Assembly: GCA_021784125.1 (NCBI GenBank)
Contig: JAJXTF010000001.1
Span: 1 to 46,519, forward strand
Length of the DNA stretch: 46,519 nucleotides
Direction: 5' to 3'
Source of the DNA: Pseudomonadota bacterium
Lineage (GTDB): Bacteria; Pseudomonadota; Gammaproteobacteria; Burkholderiales; Casimicrobiaceae
Positions 46,426-46,519 of the stretch are shown here, in pieces. Under the pieces are notes generated by a model. It did no database searches and was not told the DNA's origin. It saw only the letters and a list, made by a program, of their open reading frames with translations. The first letter of the stretch is position 1. Every line of letters starts with the position of its first letter. Both the position numbers and the translations under genes were made by a program.

Positions 46426-46519
46426 TGTGATTTCTACGACCGTTGTTCAGTAAACTGAGCGAGTCGGCTGAGCGGTGTTTGTCGATGAAGGCTAGCATGC
46501 GGTCGTTCCTCGTTGTAGA
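46426..46519 (-). mobile_element. Terminal end of an IS481-family insertion sequence, truncated by the window edge
   Basis: The minus strand at 46517-46434 reads YNEERPHASLHRQTPLSRLAQFTEQRS* (integrase-core C-terminal YNxxRPHxxL motif). The element end TGTGA... abuts GCTAGT (NCTAGN-type target), and GC content drops abruptly. Confidence 0.75.

Overview
This is a high-GC chromosomal window, most likely from a betaproteobacterium (inferred from gene order), and it is mostly housekeeping. In order it holds: a partial PLP aminotransferase; a lipoprotein Zn-aminopeptidase; rpsF-priB-rpsR-rplI-dnaB; a small hypothetical exported protein; PIN-PhoH; bcp; a Burkholderia-type L-Ara4N lipid A modification cluster (arnT, flippase, arnB, arnC, split arnA1/arnA2, arnD); GNAT-cysS; a pduO-ECF sigma-RskA operon; an acyl-CoA ligase, a crotonase and a Liv-type ABC importer; tpiA-secG-tRNA-Leu(GAG)-nuoA..N; a second aminotransferase; and the last ~94 bp of an IS481-family element at the right edge. 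Four things stand out. (1) DnaB carries two full-length homing-endonuclease inteins. One is an Ala-start class 3 intein in the P-loop; the other resembles the classic DnaB-a allele but appears shifted two codons upstream. (2) A 3 x 87-bp palindromic repeat sits exactly in the arnB/arnC junction and forms an 88-codon ORF coupled by ATGA overlaps at both ends. (3) The CysRS looks non-proteobacterial. (4) There are several structured intergenic elements. I see no CRISPR array, prophage or defence island. All calls come from reading motifs by eye; no database searches or folding programs were run.
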